Source: Mobula hypostoma
Lineage: Eukaryota
Direction of reading: 5' to 3'
DNA: 64,000 nt
Assembly (NCBI RefSeq): GCF_963921235.1
Contig: NC_086097.1
Coordinates: 194,496,001 to 194,560,000 of the forward strand
Notes under the pieces: model-generated
What the model was told of the DNA's origin: nothing
What the model saw: only the letters and a program-made list of their open reading frames with translations
Databases searched by the model: none
Part shown: positions 12,185 to 25,139 of the stretch, piece by piece
Position numbering within the stretch: position 1 is the first letter of the stretch
Layout of the letters: each line of letters starts with the position of its first letter
Program-made: the position numbers and the translations under genes

Positions 12185-12720
12185 TAAGATATTATAGCCA
12201 TAACAGACATATGGCTGAGAAAAGATACAGGTGCTTCATGTACGACGGAGGTACAGGCAAGTAAGGAGTCGATGTTGCTTTTTTGATGAGGGAAGACATA
12301 GCAACATGGCTTAGAGATGTTATTTTTCGGGGTTGCCTAGAGGTCAAATGGATAGAACATAGAAACAAGAAGGGGTGGAACACTTTTGACGTTGTGTTAT
12401 AGGTCGCCTAATAGTCAGCAATAACTTGAGGTGGAGGTGTGTAGAGAAATTGCTCACAGTTATAAAAACAATAGGGTTGTATTAGTAGGAGATTTTAATT
12501 TGTCTAGTATTGACAGACCTATCCAAACCTTTAAAGGCCCTGATAGGGTGGATTTTGTGACTTTTGTCAAGAAAAGTTTCCTGAGTTAATATTTCGAAGA
12601 ATGTACTCAAGAGGATGTGATAATAAACCCCCTCCTAGGGGATAAGATTGAGCAAGTGGCAGAGGTGTCTGTCAGTGTGCACTTTGTGTCCAGAGACCAT
12701 AATTATGTTGGTTATAAAAT
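12185..12720 (+). mobile_element. Degraded CR1 endonuclease fragment
   Basis: YRSPNS, NRVVLVGDFN and RDHN remnants. Confidence 0.6.
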
Positions 12721-13061
12721 GATGATTAAAGATTAAAGTTTAGCTTTATTTGTTACATGTATGTACATTGAAAAATCAAATCATGTAGTGAAATGCACCC
12801 ACTTGTGTCTATGACCAACACAGTTTGAAGATGTCTGAGGGCAGCCTGCAAGATTTAACAAGCTTCCAGTGTCAAAATAGCATGCTGACAACATACTTAC
12901 CCTAACCAGTATGTCTATAGAAGATGTGAGGAAACTAGAGCATCTGGAGGAAACCCATGTAGTCACGGGGGAATGTACAAATTGACAGATAGCAATGGGA
13001 ACTTCAATCACTGGCACTGTAAAGCATTGCAGTGGAACAGGTAGAGTGATGATAAACAGGT

Positions 13062-13923
13062 AAAGTTCTATTTTAACCTCATCAGTCCACAGGACTTGTT
13101 TCCAAAATGTGCCGGGCTTGTTTAGATGTTCCTTTGATCCTTTTGAATAGAACTTTTTGGCTGCAATGAGCAAAGGTATGTTTGGAGAAAAAAGGGTGCA
13201 AAATTTCATGAAAGGAACCCCTCTCCAACTGTGAAGCACGGGGTGGATCGATCATGCTTTGGGCTTGTGTTGCACTCTGTGGCACGGGGAACATTTACTG
13301 GTAGAGGGAAGAATGAATTCAATTAAATACCAGCAAATTCTGGAAGCAAACATCACACCGTCTGTGAGAAAGCTGAAGATGAAAAGAGGATGGCTTCTAC
13401 AACAGGATAATGATCCTAAACACACCTCAAAATCCACAATGGACTACCTCAAGAGGCGCAAGCTGAGGGTTTTGCCATGGCCCTCACAGTCCCCCGAACT
13501 AAACATCATAGAGAATCTGCGGATAGACCTTAAAAGATCAGTGCATGCAAGACGGACCAAGAATTTCACAGAACTAGAAGCCTTTTGCAAGGAAGGATGG
13601 GCAAAAATCCCCTAAACAAGAATTGGACAACTCTTAGCTGGCTACAAACAGCGTTTACAAGCTGTGATACTTGCCAAAGGGGGTGTTACTAAGTACTGCC
13701 ATGCAGGGTGCCCAAAGTTTTGCTTCGGGCCCTTTTCCTTTTTTGTTATTTTGAAACTGTAAAAGATAGAAATAAAAAAGTTTTCTTGCTTAAAATATTA
13801 AAGAAATGTGTCATCTTTAACTTTATGCCTTTTGGAAATCAGGTCATCAGTTCATCCTTTACACAGTAGCTATTCACGGTAACAGAAATTTTGACCAGGG
13901 GTGCCCAAACTTTTACATGCCAC
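13062..13923 (+). mobile_element. Tc1-family DNA transposon, 3' half, with a small inverted 5' piece
   Basis: ORF 13259-13615 with QQDNDPKH and WPSQSPELNIIENL; right end ...gggtgcccaaacttttacatgccactg-TA, with an inner direct repeat at ~13706-13722; 13062-13140 encodes FWKQVLWTDEVKIEL on the minus strand. Confidence 0.88.
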
Positions 13924-14409
13924 TGTATATGCAAGGACTGGGCCTCAAAGTCACGGTTTTGCCTAGCAGTTGTCGGGTAGTTTGGCATATGATCTTGGTG
14001 GGATGGGGGGCCTGGAGTATATACGTGCATATTCTGCTTCATTGTATTTTTCTGATATTCTATGTGGCTTTGTGGTCTTGCATGTGCAAGGATTGGGAAC
14101 CAAGCTGCAGTGCCGGGGTGGGGGGTGGTGTCAGGACTCTTTTATTCCGTGAACGTGTTCTTGTGTGTGACTGTTGGTAATATGTTTTAGCATCTTGACT
14201 CCCCAGTAATGCTGTCTCATTTGGCTGTATTCATAACTATTCATGTATGGTTGGCTGACAATTAAATGTGAATTGAACTTCATTAATAAAGGGGTTGAAA
14301 AATAATTTGGCTGTGATGAAATGGTGGAGAAGACTTGGTGGGTTAAATGGCCTAAATCTGCTCCTATGTTTTATGGTCTTATGGATATAGCAGGATATAC
14401 TACAGATTG

Positions 14410-16203
14410 TTCACAGATATAAGTGGAGAAATGGCAGATGGAATTTAATCCAGGCAAGTGTGAGGTGTTGGAGTTCAAATGCAGAGGTAAGGTATACAAC
14501 TTAATGTACAGAGGGATCTCAGGGTCCAAATCCATACATCAAACATAGAACTTCACAGCACTGTACAGACTCTTCAGCCAACAATGTTGTGTCAGCCTTT
14601 TTACCTGCTCAAAGATCTATATAGCCCATCCCTCCTACATGACCCTCCATTTTTCTATCATCCATGTACCTATATTAGAGGTTCTTAAATGCCCCTAATA
14701 TTTTTGCATATACTACCACCTCTGACAGGGTGTTTCATGCACCCATCACTCTTTCTGTGTAAAGAACTTAATTCTGATATACCCCTTATACTTTTCTCTA
14801 ATCACCTGAAGTTTCTGCTCTGGGATAAGGTGTCTGGCTATCAACCCTATCTGTGCATCTTATCATCTCGTACACATCTATCAGGTTATCTTTCATCCTC
14901 TTTTGCTCCAAAGAGAAAAGCCCTAGCTTACTCAACTTATTTTCATAAGACATGCCCTCTAGTTCAGGCAGCATCCTAGTAAATCTCCTCTATGCTCTCT
15001 CTAAAGCTTCCACATCCTTCCTTTAATGAGGTGACTAGAAGTGAACATAATATTCCTAGTGTGGTTTAACCAGGGTTTTATAGAACTGCAATGTTACTTC
15101 TAGTTCTTGAACTCAATCCTCTGACTAATGAAGGCCAACACTCCATACAGGGTATACCTTCTGAAGAACCCTATCAACTTGCATGGCAACTATCAAGGTA
15201 AATCCCAAGATTCCTCTTCTAAACACCACCAAGAATCCTGCTTTAACCCTGTATTCTGCCTTAAAATTCAATCTTGCAAAACGAATTACTTCACACTTTT
15301 CCGGTTGAACTCCATCTGCCACTTCTCAGCCCAGCTCAGTGTCAATGTCTAGTTTTAACCTTCAACAACCCTTTAAAGTATCCACAACTTTACTCACCAT
15401 CATGTCACCTGTAAACTTACAAACCCACCCACTCCTTCATCCAAGTCATTAATAAACATCACAAGAGCTGGGATCCCAGAACAGATCCCTATGGAACGAC
15501 ATTCACTAGTCACTGACCTGCAGGTAGAATGCCTTGCTGAACGTGACAATGCAGGCACATAGGGTGGTAAAGAAGGCATTTGGCATGTTTACTTTCATCA
15601 ATAGGGGAACAGCATATTGGAGAGTCAGGAGGTCATGTTGTGGTTATATAAAACTTTGTGTTGGCTGCACTTGGAGTATTGTTTGTGTTTCTGGTCGCTC
15701 CATTCCAGGAAGGATGTGGAAGTTTTTGAGAGAGTTCTGAAGAGGTTTTCCAGATTGATGCTGTGCCTGTCTCAGATGGTATTGGTTGTAAAGAGATGTC
15801 AGGTAGACCTGAGTTGTTTTCGTTGGAATGTCAGAGGCTGAAGGGAGACCATTAGAAGTTTATAAAATTCTGAGAGGTGTAGGTAGGTTAGATAATCAGA
15901 GTCTTTTTCCCGGGGTGGAATCACAAAAGTTAGAGGGCATAACTTAAAGCTGAGAGAAGGAAAATTTAAAGAGGACTTGCAGGCCAAGGTTTTTGTACAG
16001 AAGGTAGTAGATGCCTAGAATGTCTTGCCTGGGGAGGTTGTGGGAGAAGGTAAGATACCGTTGCTCTAAAAGCTTTTAGGCAGGCAGTTGAATATGCAAG
16101 GAATGGAAAGAAATAGTTCCTTTGCAGGAAGAAAAAATTAAGTTAAATTCACATCATTCTGGGCGCAGGCATCATGGGCCCAAGGGCCTATTCCTGTGCT
16201 GTG
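14410..16203. mobile_element. Nested CR1 3' fragments: a plus-strand copy interrupted by a minus-strand copy at ~14540-15525
   Basis: KWQMEFNPGKCEV, RVVKKAFGM, HLEYC, RGHNLK remnants on both strands. Confidence 0.75.
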
Positions 16204-17084
16204 TTTCTCATCCAGGCAGTGTATGATGTGCTTCCAAGCCCATCAAACCTGCACACATGGGGCAAGGCAGAGTCATCTGCGTGCCCACTGTGCTCCAAGC
16301 GAGGAACCCTGGAGCACATCCTCAGCGGCTGTGCAAGGGCACTTGGTGAGGGACGGTACAGGTGGAGGCATGATCAGGTCCTGAAGACCATCGCTGAAGC
16401 TGTCAGCGCAGGAGTTGAGTGGGCGAAGTGGTCCCGACCCTCCAAGCAGACCATTGCCTTTGTCAGAGCTGGGGAGCAGCCAATACCTGCCAAAAGAACA
16501 TCTGCAGGCATTCTGACCTCTGCAAGGGACTGGCAGCTGTTGGTGGACCTCAAAGTGCAGCTGAAGTTCCCCAACCATATTGCAGCCACCACCCTGTGAC
16601 CAGACATTGTCCTAGTGTCTGAGTCTACTAAGCAAGTGGTGCTGCTGGAGCTGATAGTCCCATGGGAAGATAGCTTGGAAGAGGCCTTTGAAAGGAAGCT
16701 CTCCAAGTACGCAGGACTAGTCAGCAACTGTCAGCAGGCTGGATGGAGAGCAAGGTGTCTCCCAGTGGAGGTTGGTTGTAGGGGATTCATAGCCCGTTCT
16801 TTAGTTAGGGCCTTCAGCATTTTGGGCATCGAGGGAGAGAGGAAGAGGAGAGCCATCTGCAGTACCACTGATGTGGCAGAGAGGGCCTCAAGATGGCTGT
16901 GGCTCAAAAGAGGGGAGCCATGGAGTCATAAGTAGCTAGCCATCTGGACACAAGCTGGGGTCTGATCAGCCCCGGCTGGGTCACCTGGAGGAGGTTGTAT
17001 GATGTTGAAAGACCCGAAACACCCGATGATTCCAGGAACATCACTGAAGATGTGTCCAGAAGCATCAATAGATGTATGTACACA
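16204..17084 (+). mobile_element. Hero-clade (restriction-like endonuclease, RLE) LINE, 5'-truncated copy
   Basis: CPLC...HILSGC zinc knuckle, RHDQV, *PDIVL...ELIVPWED...ERKLSKY RLE motifs; nearly identical to 19928-20809. Confidence 0.88.
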
Positions 17085-20000
17085 ACTTACACCCTGAGTT
17101 AATCAGTGACAACCAGGAAAGACTGGGTGACAACCAAAAAAAAGAGTGGTGATGACTGGAGAGTCAGTGACAGCCCGGAGAGACGGCAACCAGGGCAGAA
17201 CGGGCTGGCAACCCAATCTGTGTCCTCTGAGAGGAGGACCCCCACAAAAGCCACAAAGAATCTAAGGAAAAGATACTCCCAGGGGTTCCCGAGAGGGGGG
17301 GAGGATGAGCACCCCAGTCGGATGGACACAACGACATCAGGCCCAGGCAATGAACAAACGATGATGAGGAAGCAGTGTGCATGTGGCAAAATCTGCAAGA
17401 ACAATCGCGGCTTGAAGATCCACCAAACGAGGATGAAGTACTTGGCGGGAGCAGGAGCAGCACAACGCGCAGGTGTCCAACCTGGTGAGACGAAGGAGGG
17501 GCCAGGCCCGGAGTCACCCCATAGTGCCCAGAACCCCCAAGTGTTGCAAACTAATCCCTCAAACATGAAGTCTAACAGGAGGCGGATCAAATGGTCTGCA
17601 GCTAACATGACTTCACTGTGGAAGCAGTTGATGACGATGTTAACCAAATTCTGGAGGCAACGGCGAAGGGAGGGGTTGATAGGAAGCTGCAATACATGAC
17701 AACAATTATTGTTAGTATCGCAGCTGAACGGTTCGGAGAAGAGGAGAAGGAAGGCTCCAAAACATCTTACTTGAAGAACCAAAGAGCATTGAGGATCCAC
17801 AACATCAGGCAGGAGATGAAAGCGCTGAAGTCCCAATATAAGGAGGCAGGAGAAGAGGAGCGCATTGGCTTGGCCCAGCTGATGTGCATACTACGAAAGA
17901 AGATCAGGGTCCTCCACCTGGCAGAGTGGCATCGTAGGCGGCGGCATGAAAGGGCTCGAAAACGTGCTGCCTTTATCGCCAACCCCTTCAAGTTCACCAA
18001 GGAGTTGCTGGGGGAGAAGCGCAGTGGGAAACTGGCCTGTTCGCAGGAAGACATAGACCAACATCTGAAGAAGATATATAATGATCCTGAAAAAGAGCAG
18101 GAGTTGGGAGAGTGTGATAAGGGTCTCGGCCTGAAACGTCAACTGCACTTCTTCCTAGAGATGCTGCCTGGCCTGCTGCGTTCACCAGCAACTTTTATGT
18201 TGGGAGAGTGCGACATCCTAATAGACCCACCTGAACCGGATGTGCAGTTGGACATGTCAAAGCTGCAACTAAAGGAAGTCAGAGAGGTCGTCCGCAAAGC
18301 AAGGGCAAGCTCGGCTCCAGGACCAAGCAACACCTCGTACAAAGTGTACAAGAACTGCCCCAAACTCCTGCTGCGTCTGTGGAAGATCCTGAGAATCTTC
18401 TGGAGAAGGGGGAAAAATCCCAGAACAGTGGAGAGTGGCTGAAGGGGTGTGGATCCCGAAGGAGGAAAATGCCACCCAGATAGATCAGTTTTGCATCATC
18501 TCCCTGCTGTGTGTCGAGGCGAAGATCTTCTTCAGTGCAGTTTCTAACCTGCTGTGCACCTACCTAGCAAAGAACACCTATATTAATACATCAGTCCAGA
18601 AGGGTGGCATTTTAGGGATGCTGGGCTGTCTGGAGCACATCGGTGTGGTGACACAGCTCATCAGGGAGGCCAGAGAGAACAAGGGCAACCTGTCAGTGTT
18701 GTGGCTCGACCTGGCAAATGCATGTGGCTCCATTCTGCACAAGCTGGTGCAGCTCACACTGACCAAGTATCACGTCCCCAGCAGAATCAGAGACCTTATC
18801 GCTGATTATTACAGCAACTTCAGGATGAGGGTCTCTTCAGGAGCAATTACATCAACCTGTCACAATTTGGAGGTCGGCATCATCACAGAGTGCACTATCT
18901 CAGTGACACTGTTCTCCCTAGCCATGAACATGCTCACTAAGTCTGCTGAACCAGAGTCCAGAGGGCCCAGAATGAATTCCGCTCAACGGCAACCACCTAT
19001 CAGGGCATTCATGGATGACCTCACAGTCACCACAGAATCAGTCCCAGGCTGCCGGAGGATTCTGCAAGGGCTCAAAAAGCTGGTGGAGTGGGCCCGGATG
19101 CGTTTCAAACCTGCCAAATCAAGATCGATGGTGCTGAGGAAAGGGAAGGTGGAGAACAAGTTCCGGTTCAGCATCGCAGGCACAGCCATCCCAACCATCA
19201 CAGAAAAGCCAGTCAAGAGCTTAGGCAAAGTTTTTGACAGCTCTTTAAGGGACACAACATCCATTCAGACAACCTGCACTGAGTTGGAGGGCTGGCTGAA
19301 ATCTGTGGACAAGTCTGGCCTACCTGGGAAGTTTAAAGCCTGGGTGTATCAGCATGGCATTCTTCCCAGAATCCTGTGGCCCCTCCTTGTCTATGCAGTT
19401 CCGATCTCAACAGTCGAAACCTTAGAGAGGAGGGTTAGCAACCACCTCAGGAGATGGCTGGGGCTGCCAAAGAGCCTGAGCAGCATCGCACTCTATGGAC
19501 ACCACAACAAACTGCAACTGCTGTTCAAATCCTTGGAGGAAGAATTCAAGGTAACAAGAGCCAGAGAAGTGCTACAGTGTAGGGACTCAAAGGTGGCTAG
19601 AGCAGGGATCCAAGTAAGTACTGGCAGGAAGTGGAGGGCAGAGGAAGCTGTTCAGGAGGCAGAGGCGAGGCTGCGTCACAGGAGGCTGGTGGGAGTGGTC
19701 ACACAAGGCCGAGCTGGGCTAGGATCCTTTCCAACTCCCCAAATGGACACCAGAGGGAAGGAAAGATGTCGCCTAGTTCAGGAGGAGGTGAGAGCAGTAG
19801 TGGAGGAAATGAGAGCCTGCAAGGTGGTGGGAATGAAGCAACAGGGAGCTTGGACAAGATGGGAGAATGCGGTTGAGAGGAAAGTGACCTGAGCTGATCT
19901 TTGGAAAGCCGAACCACACCGCATCCAATTTCTCATCCAGGCAGTGTACCATGTGCTTCCAAGCCCATCAAACCTGCACACATGGGGCAAGGCAGAGTCA

Positions 20001-20809
20001 TCTGCGTGCCCACTGTGCTCCAAGCGAGGAACCCTGAAGCACATCCTCAGTGGCTGTGCAAGGGCACTTGGTGAGGGACGGTACAGGTGGAGGCATGATC
20101 AGGTCCTGAAGACCATCGCTGAAGCCGTCAGCGCAGGAGTTGAGTGGGCGAAGCGGTCCCGACCCTCCAAGCAGACCATTGCCTTTGTCAGAGCTGGGGA
20201 GCAGCCAATACCTACCAAAAGAACATCTGCAGGCATTCTGACCTCTGCAAGGGACTGGCAGCTGTTGGTGGACCTCGAAGGGCAGCTGAAGTTCCCCAAC
20301 CATATCGCAGCCACCACCCTGTGACTAGACATTGTCCTAGTGTCCTAGTCTACTAAGCAAGTGGTGCTGCTGGAGCTGATAGTCCAATGGGAAGATAGCT
20401 TGGAGGAGGCCTTTGAAAGGAAGCTCTCCAAGTACGCAGGACTGGTCAGCAATTGTCAGCAGGCTGGATGGACAGCGAGGTATCTCCCAGTGGATGTTGG
20501 TTGTAGGGGAATCATAGCCCGTTCTTTAGTTAGGGCCTTCAGCATTTTGGGCATCGAGGGAGAGAGGAAGAGGGGAACCATCCGCAGTACCACCGATGCG
20601 GCAGAGAGGGCCTCAAGATGGCTGTGGCTCAAAAGAGGGGAGCCATGGAGTCATAAGTAGCTAGCCATCTGGACACAAGCTGGGGTCTGATCAGCCCCGG
20701 CTGGGTCACCTGGAGGAGGCTGTATGATGTTGAAAGACCTGAAACAGCCGATGATTCCAGGAACATCACTGAAGATGTGTCCAGAAGCATCAATAGATGT
20801 ATGTACACA
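17085..20809 (+). mobile_element. Near full-length Hero-clade LINE (zinc finger, RT, zinc knuckle, RLE), frameshifted
   Basis: N-terminal CACGKICKNNRGLKIH; SAPGP, WIPKEE, WLDLANA, AFMDDLT (ORF 18435-19892); RHD and ExxVxWE...K endonuclease motifs. Confidence 0.9.
18118..18198 (+). mobile_element. Penelope terminal-repeat fragment inserted into the Hero ORF
   Basis: Matches the reverse complement of the Penelope end at ~36903-36985; flanked by 15-bp duplication gttgggagagtg(t/c)ga at 18103-18117 and 18199-18213. Confidence 0.85.
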
Positions 20810-22269
20810 GGTTATATGTTCTCCAGTGCCCTCTTCTCCACTGACTCCTGTCATGGAGACATAGAGTACTACACCTCAGAAACAGGCCCTTCTGCTCATC
20901 TAGTCCATGACAACTTGATTTTCTGTGTAGTCCCATCTACCTGCAACCAGAGCATATCCCTCCAAACCTTCCCATCCATGTACCTATCCAAACTTCCTTT
21001 AAGTCTTATTGTTGAACCCACATCTAACACTTCCACTGCTAGCTTGTTCCACACTTGAATCTTCCTTCTCCCACCCACCCCCCAGATTCCCTTAAAATAC
21101 TTCACCTTTCACTCTTAACCTATGACCTGTAGTTTGAGTCTCACCCAACCTGAGGGGGGAAAAAAGGTCTTCTCCTTTGACAACTATTCAGCACCTATCC
21201 TATCCATGTTCATTTCTCCTCCATCTGAATACAATTCTCCCACTTGCTAAGCTCTGACCTCTTACAAAATCCTTGAGTCTGATAAGTCTAGTTTTAGCTT
21301 GTCTTTGTATGTGGTTTGCTTTTTACACATTAACGGAACATAAAGTATTTCTCTAAACATCCTGAATACATTGGAAGATATTTCAATTTGTTCAGGTGAG
21401 TTTAGATCTTCATTTGGCTCAGCGAGAAAGTATTTGCACTGAAATTCTGTTCTCATATCATGCAATAAAGACAAGGAACATATAATTTATCATAACTTGT
21501 CATTCAGCATGCTGAAACTGGTGAAATGGTACAGATCAATCAAAGCAGTTGGGATGCAAAAATAATACACTTCCTCATAGGACCAAAAGTTATTGGTGAT
21601 CAGATAGAAGCATCAGTGAAAAAGAAGTGAAGTGCTAATCTTGTTTCAAATGTTTATATCATCTCTCATTCAAATTCCATGGAGGTATCAGAGAACTCTG
21701 AGAGAAAGAAATATTTTTTGTACTGATACATTTGTTTAAATATCTGCAAATAAAAATAACATTTGCAATCATCTTTCTCAGCACATTTACATAAAAATCT
21801 AATTTAGTAGCAATAATTTACTATTCTGAAATACAGCGCTTTACAGACCTCTTCTAGTCTAGACTACAGTTCATGTTTAAATTATTATGCTGCTTTTGAA
21901 AGAAAATGACACACACATCAGCATTTAATAAGAATTGTAAATGCTCCCTCTGCAATGGAAATCGTAGAGCAGCGCTGACCTGCCAAATAGGATTAGTGTC
22001 AACTGTGGATTAATTGATAGCATTCTCTCAACTCTGGATTAAAAGGTTTTAGATTTAAGTTTCACTCCAGGGTTTTTGCAGAAATACTTTGGTTGACATT
22101 CCAGTCTAGAAATGAGCAATTTCAAACTGTAATAAGATGATGGTGAGTTTATGGACTTTGTGGGATTCTTGCATCGTGAATCTTGTATTATCAACAATTT
22201 TTGTGCATGAGTGGAAGTAATGCAAAATGGCTTCTTAAGCAGTGCAGCAGATGTTTTAGTGTGTTTCAT

Positions 22270-23890
22270 TCAAGGTTTGAAAATACTGCATGAAAATATT
22301 ATAAATAGCAATGAGGTTGAAGAAGAATAACCCAGGATAATTCCAGGCATTCAGTGTTACTTTTCTTTTGTGATATTTTTGGCTTTTCTCTGGAGCTGTA
22401 CACCAGCATGGGTTACCCAGCCTGCACTGAAGTTCATTGATTTGTCTTTTCAGCTTCTGTCAATTGGTAACTGGTTATTTCAGTTTGTAAGTATCAATGG
22501 TTCTTTGGATTCTTCTGACAGATTCATTAAAATCACAGACTGAATATGTGAAAAGCACAGAATGTTGCAAGTGATATTGCAGGAAGGAGAGTACAAGATT
22601 AATGCTGAAATCAGTAACCAGATGGACTATTTCAAACTTTTTTTGCAGTTTTGCGAGGTTTCTGAACACTGTAAATATGGTTGAAGGGTAATGGAGAATG
22701 GTAGTCTGTGGAATCCCAGAGGAGAGTATTCAAAAGAGGTTGCTTGGTGACAGGAACTGAATTTCAAGCAAGCACTTAATGTGAATGGCAACAGCAGTCA
22801 GGGAGCCACAGAATTTGCAATTCTCTTCTGTGATGGCTCAGACTGCTACTATATTTGGATCTGCTTTGTGACAAATTTGTAAAAAGGGAAGAACAGCCGA
22901 AGGGAAGAAGTTATTGTGGTAGCACAGAATATTGAGCTAATGAGTGCAGATGCAAGGACTCACCTTGCCAAAATGTTGGCACCCAGGGCTATCTGTCTAA
23001 AATTTCTTTCAAAGGAACATCACGGCAAACTCAAGTATTACAAAGCTTATTGGGAAGAATAAGACATAGAGTAAAGACATGGTGGCCCAAGTCCAGGTTA
23101 CTCATGTTAAATCTGAATTCCACAAAGTCTTTCCATATGTCACATCCCAATGAAAGAAAGAAGCACGTGTTGGTGGAAACTAACACTGGTATTGCTGCGT
23201 TACTTACTGTATGTGTGTGCAGAATTTTGAACAGCGCTGCTTATATGGTATAGCAGAGGAAAGGGGATTTTCTGCATTCCGTCATATCTAAACAGGTGAG
23301 AGAAATGGGTGAATTTGGATTGAAAAGTGGTAAAATTAAAGCAAAGCTTCCTGCTTTGTTTCATCTAAGCATTTAATTTGATAGGCTGCAACTGGTTATC
23401 AAAGATAAAACTAAATTGGAGAGAGATCAACAGTATGAAGGAACTATTTCTATCAACTGTACTTGACAAGTTATACTTGGAATCATTATGGTATGGAAGC
23501 CAAGCCTCACCTGAATGAGAGTACTACATCTTAGTTCTTCAAGGCATGTCTTCTGCCTTACAGAATGCAGGAGAAAGACTGAATATGAGCTGAGCAGAGC
23601 AGAGGAAGCAGATGTCATTGAACTGATTAAGCAGCAATTGTTCCTGTAATAAAGATAGATAAGCCTAGAATATCATGTGGTTTTTACATTTCTTATTCAA
23701 GAAAGTTTTGAGCGTATTTTCAAATCTTTTTAGGAGATGAGTGTTTGCCATGCAAATAATGGTGTCCAGTGGGGCAAGCTGAGTAGAATTAGGAACCCGC
23801 ACTGCCACTAGGATCTCTGGAGATTATCAGATAACAATCAACAAAGAAACAAAGAAAGACAGATGCACTTTAAATCTGATCATGTTTTTT
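22270..23890 (+). mobile_element. Very old Gypsy gag-pol remnant, with possible further pieces near 27150-27450 and 31800-32600
   Basis: MVVCGIPEESIQKRLL (gag-like) at ~22697; RISGDYQITINK (RT-like) at ~23810. Confidence 0.5.
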
Positions 23891-24199
23891 TTTGTTCAAC
23901 TCAGGAGAACATAGATCTATACAACCTTTGAAATGTTACGTGCTCACTAGCAAATCAAGGTAGATATAGTTTCAAGAGATTCTTAATGATAAGTATTTAT
24001 TTTAGCAGTTCTGATAGAAAGGATTTCCACTTGTGTATAACATCATCTCCAGGCTTTCCCCAGAAGATAGCGCATAACTTTTTTTAAGGTCTACCAGCCC
24101 TCATTCTATCCTGAAATCTGGAAAGGAAAAAAATGCAGGAAAATAAAGGATTTCTAAATGCTGTTCTTCATCAGTTCAAATAAAAAGGAAAGTGAAAAA

Positions 24200-24770
24200 G
24201 CAAAGCATACTTTTGCTTCAGCAGACTAAAACCATAGACTCATGGTCTACCAAACAATCATGATACTTGCCCTCCAATATGCTTCTGAGATCTGCTTTAC
24301 CTACAATAGCCACTTCAAATCACTGGCAGTATCCAGCAATGCTGCCTCTTCAAAGTCTCCCTATATCACTGGAAAGATAAGTGCGCTAGTTTCAGTGTGA
24401 CATCCTCAGGCAACATTCCCAGCACTGAGGCCTTCGTTATACTCAGCTGGCCCCATTATTTGTGTGCCAATACTAATTTTCTAAGAATGTGCAAGGATGT
24501 GCTCAAAACTTCGTTGTAAAAGATGCAGAAACTTCATGATTTTCAAGCCCTTGACTACTCACATGAAGGAGGAATATTCCTGCTGTTTTTGATAACCTCA
24601 GATCTGAAGAACAGAGAAGCCCAGCAGAAATGATAGAAAAAGCACACCACTGTACAAAGTAATCTCTCTACCTACCCTGTCAGGCACCTCCTGCCCTGTC
24701 TGCAGAGGTGTTGTCTTGGTGAGAACTGGAGTGGAATCAAATCATCTTAATCTCAGGGGACTGTCTAAGA
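24200..24770 (+). mobile_element. Degraded RTE 3' fragment
   Basis: LMVYQTIMILALQYASEI remnant and a C-terminal CPVC. Confidence 0.6.
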
Positions 24771-25139
24771 AGTATATATTGCCTGTCTCAAGCTTTGTCT
24801 GACTACACTATAGGAGTAATACTGAAAGATCTAACTCAACAGATTTGTAGGCCTCTTTATGACTTCACTACTACTGCAGGCATTTCTGGTCATCTTTAAG
24901 CATTGCATTGGGACATATTGCTGAATCACAGGACAACATGGAAGTGGACTAGGAAGTGAGAAACTGCATTCTGAGAAGGAGCTGAAGCTGAATTCACAGT
25001 TTTTTCTTTGTTATGCTCTTTTGTGTCAACTACCATTGTCCTGTGTTGCATTAGAGTGTCACAGCAGATGGAAAAAATACATAAGATTGCCACTCTTTCT
25101 AATCAAAAACCTAGTAACCTTCACTTTACATACTGTATA

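Noticed and set aside
21262..21640. SLLHDMRT and FFTDAS resembling foamy integrase and RNase H motifs
   Set aside because: Matches are very short, the spacing is incompatible with Pol and there is no supporting DDE or HHCC motif. Worth including in the tblastn check but not supportable now.
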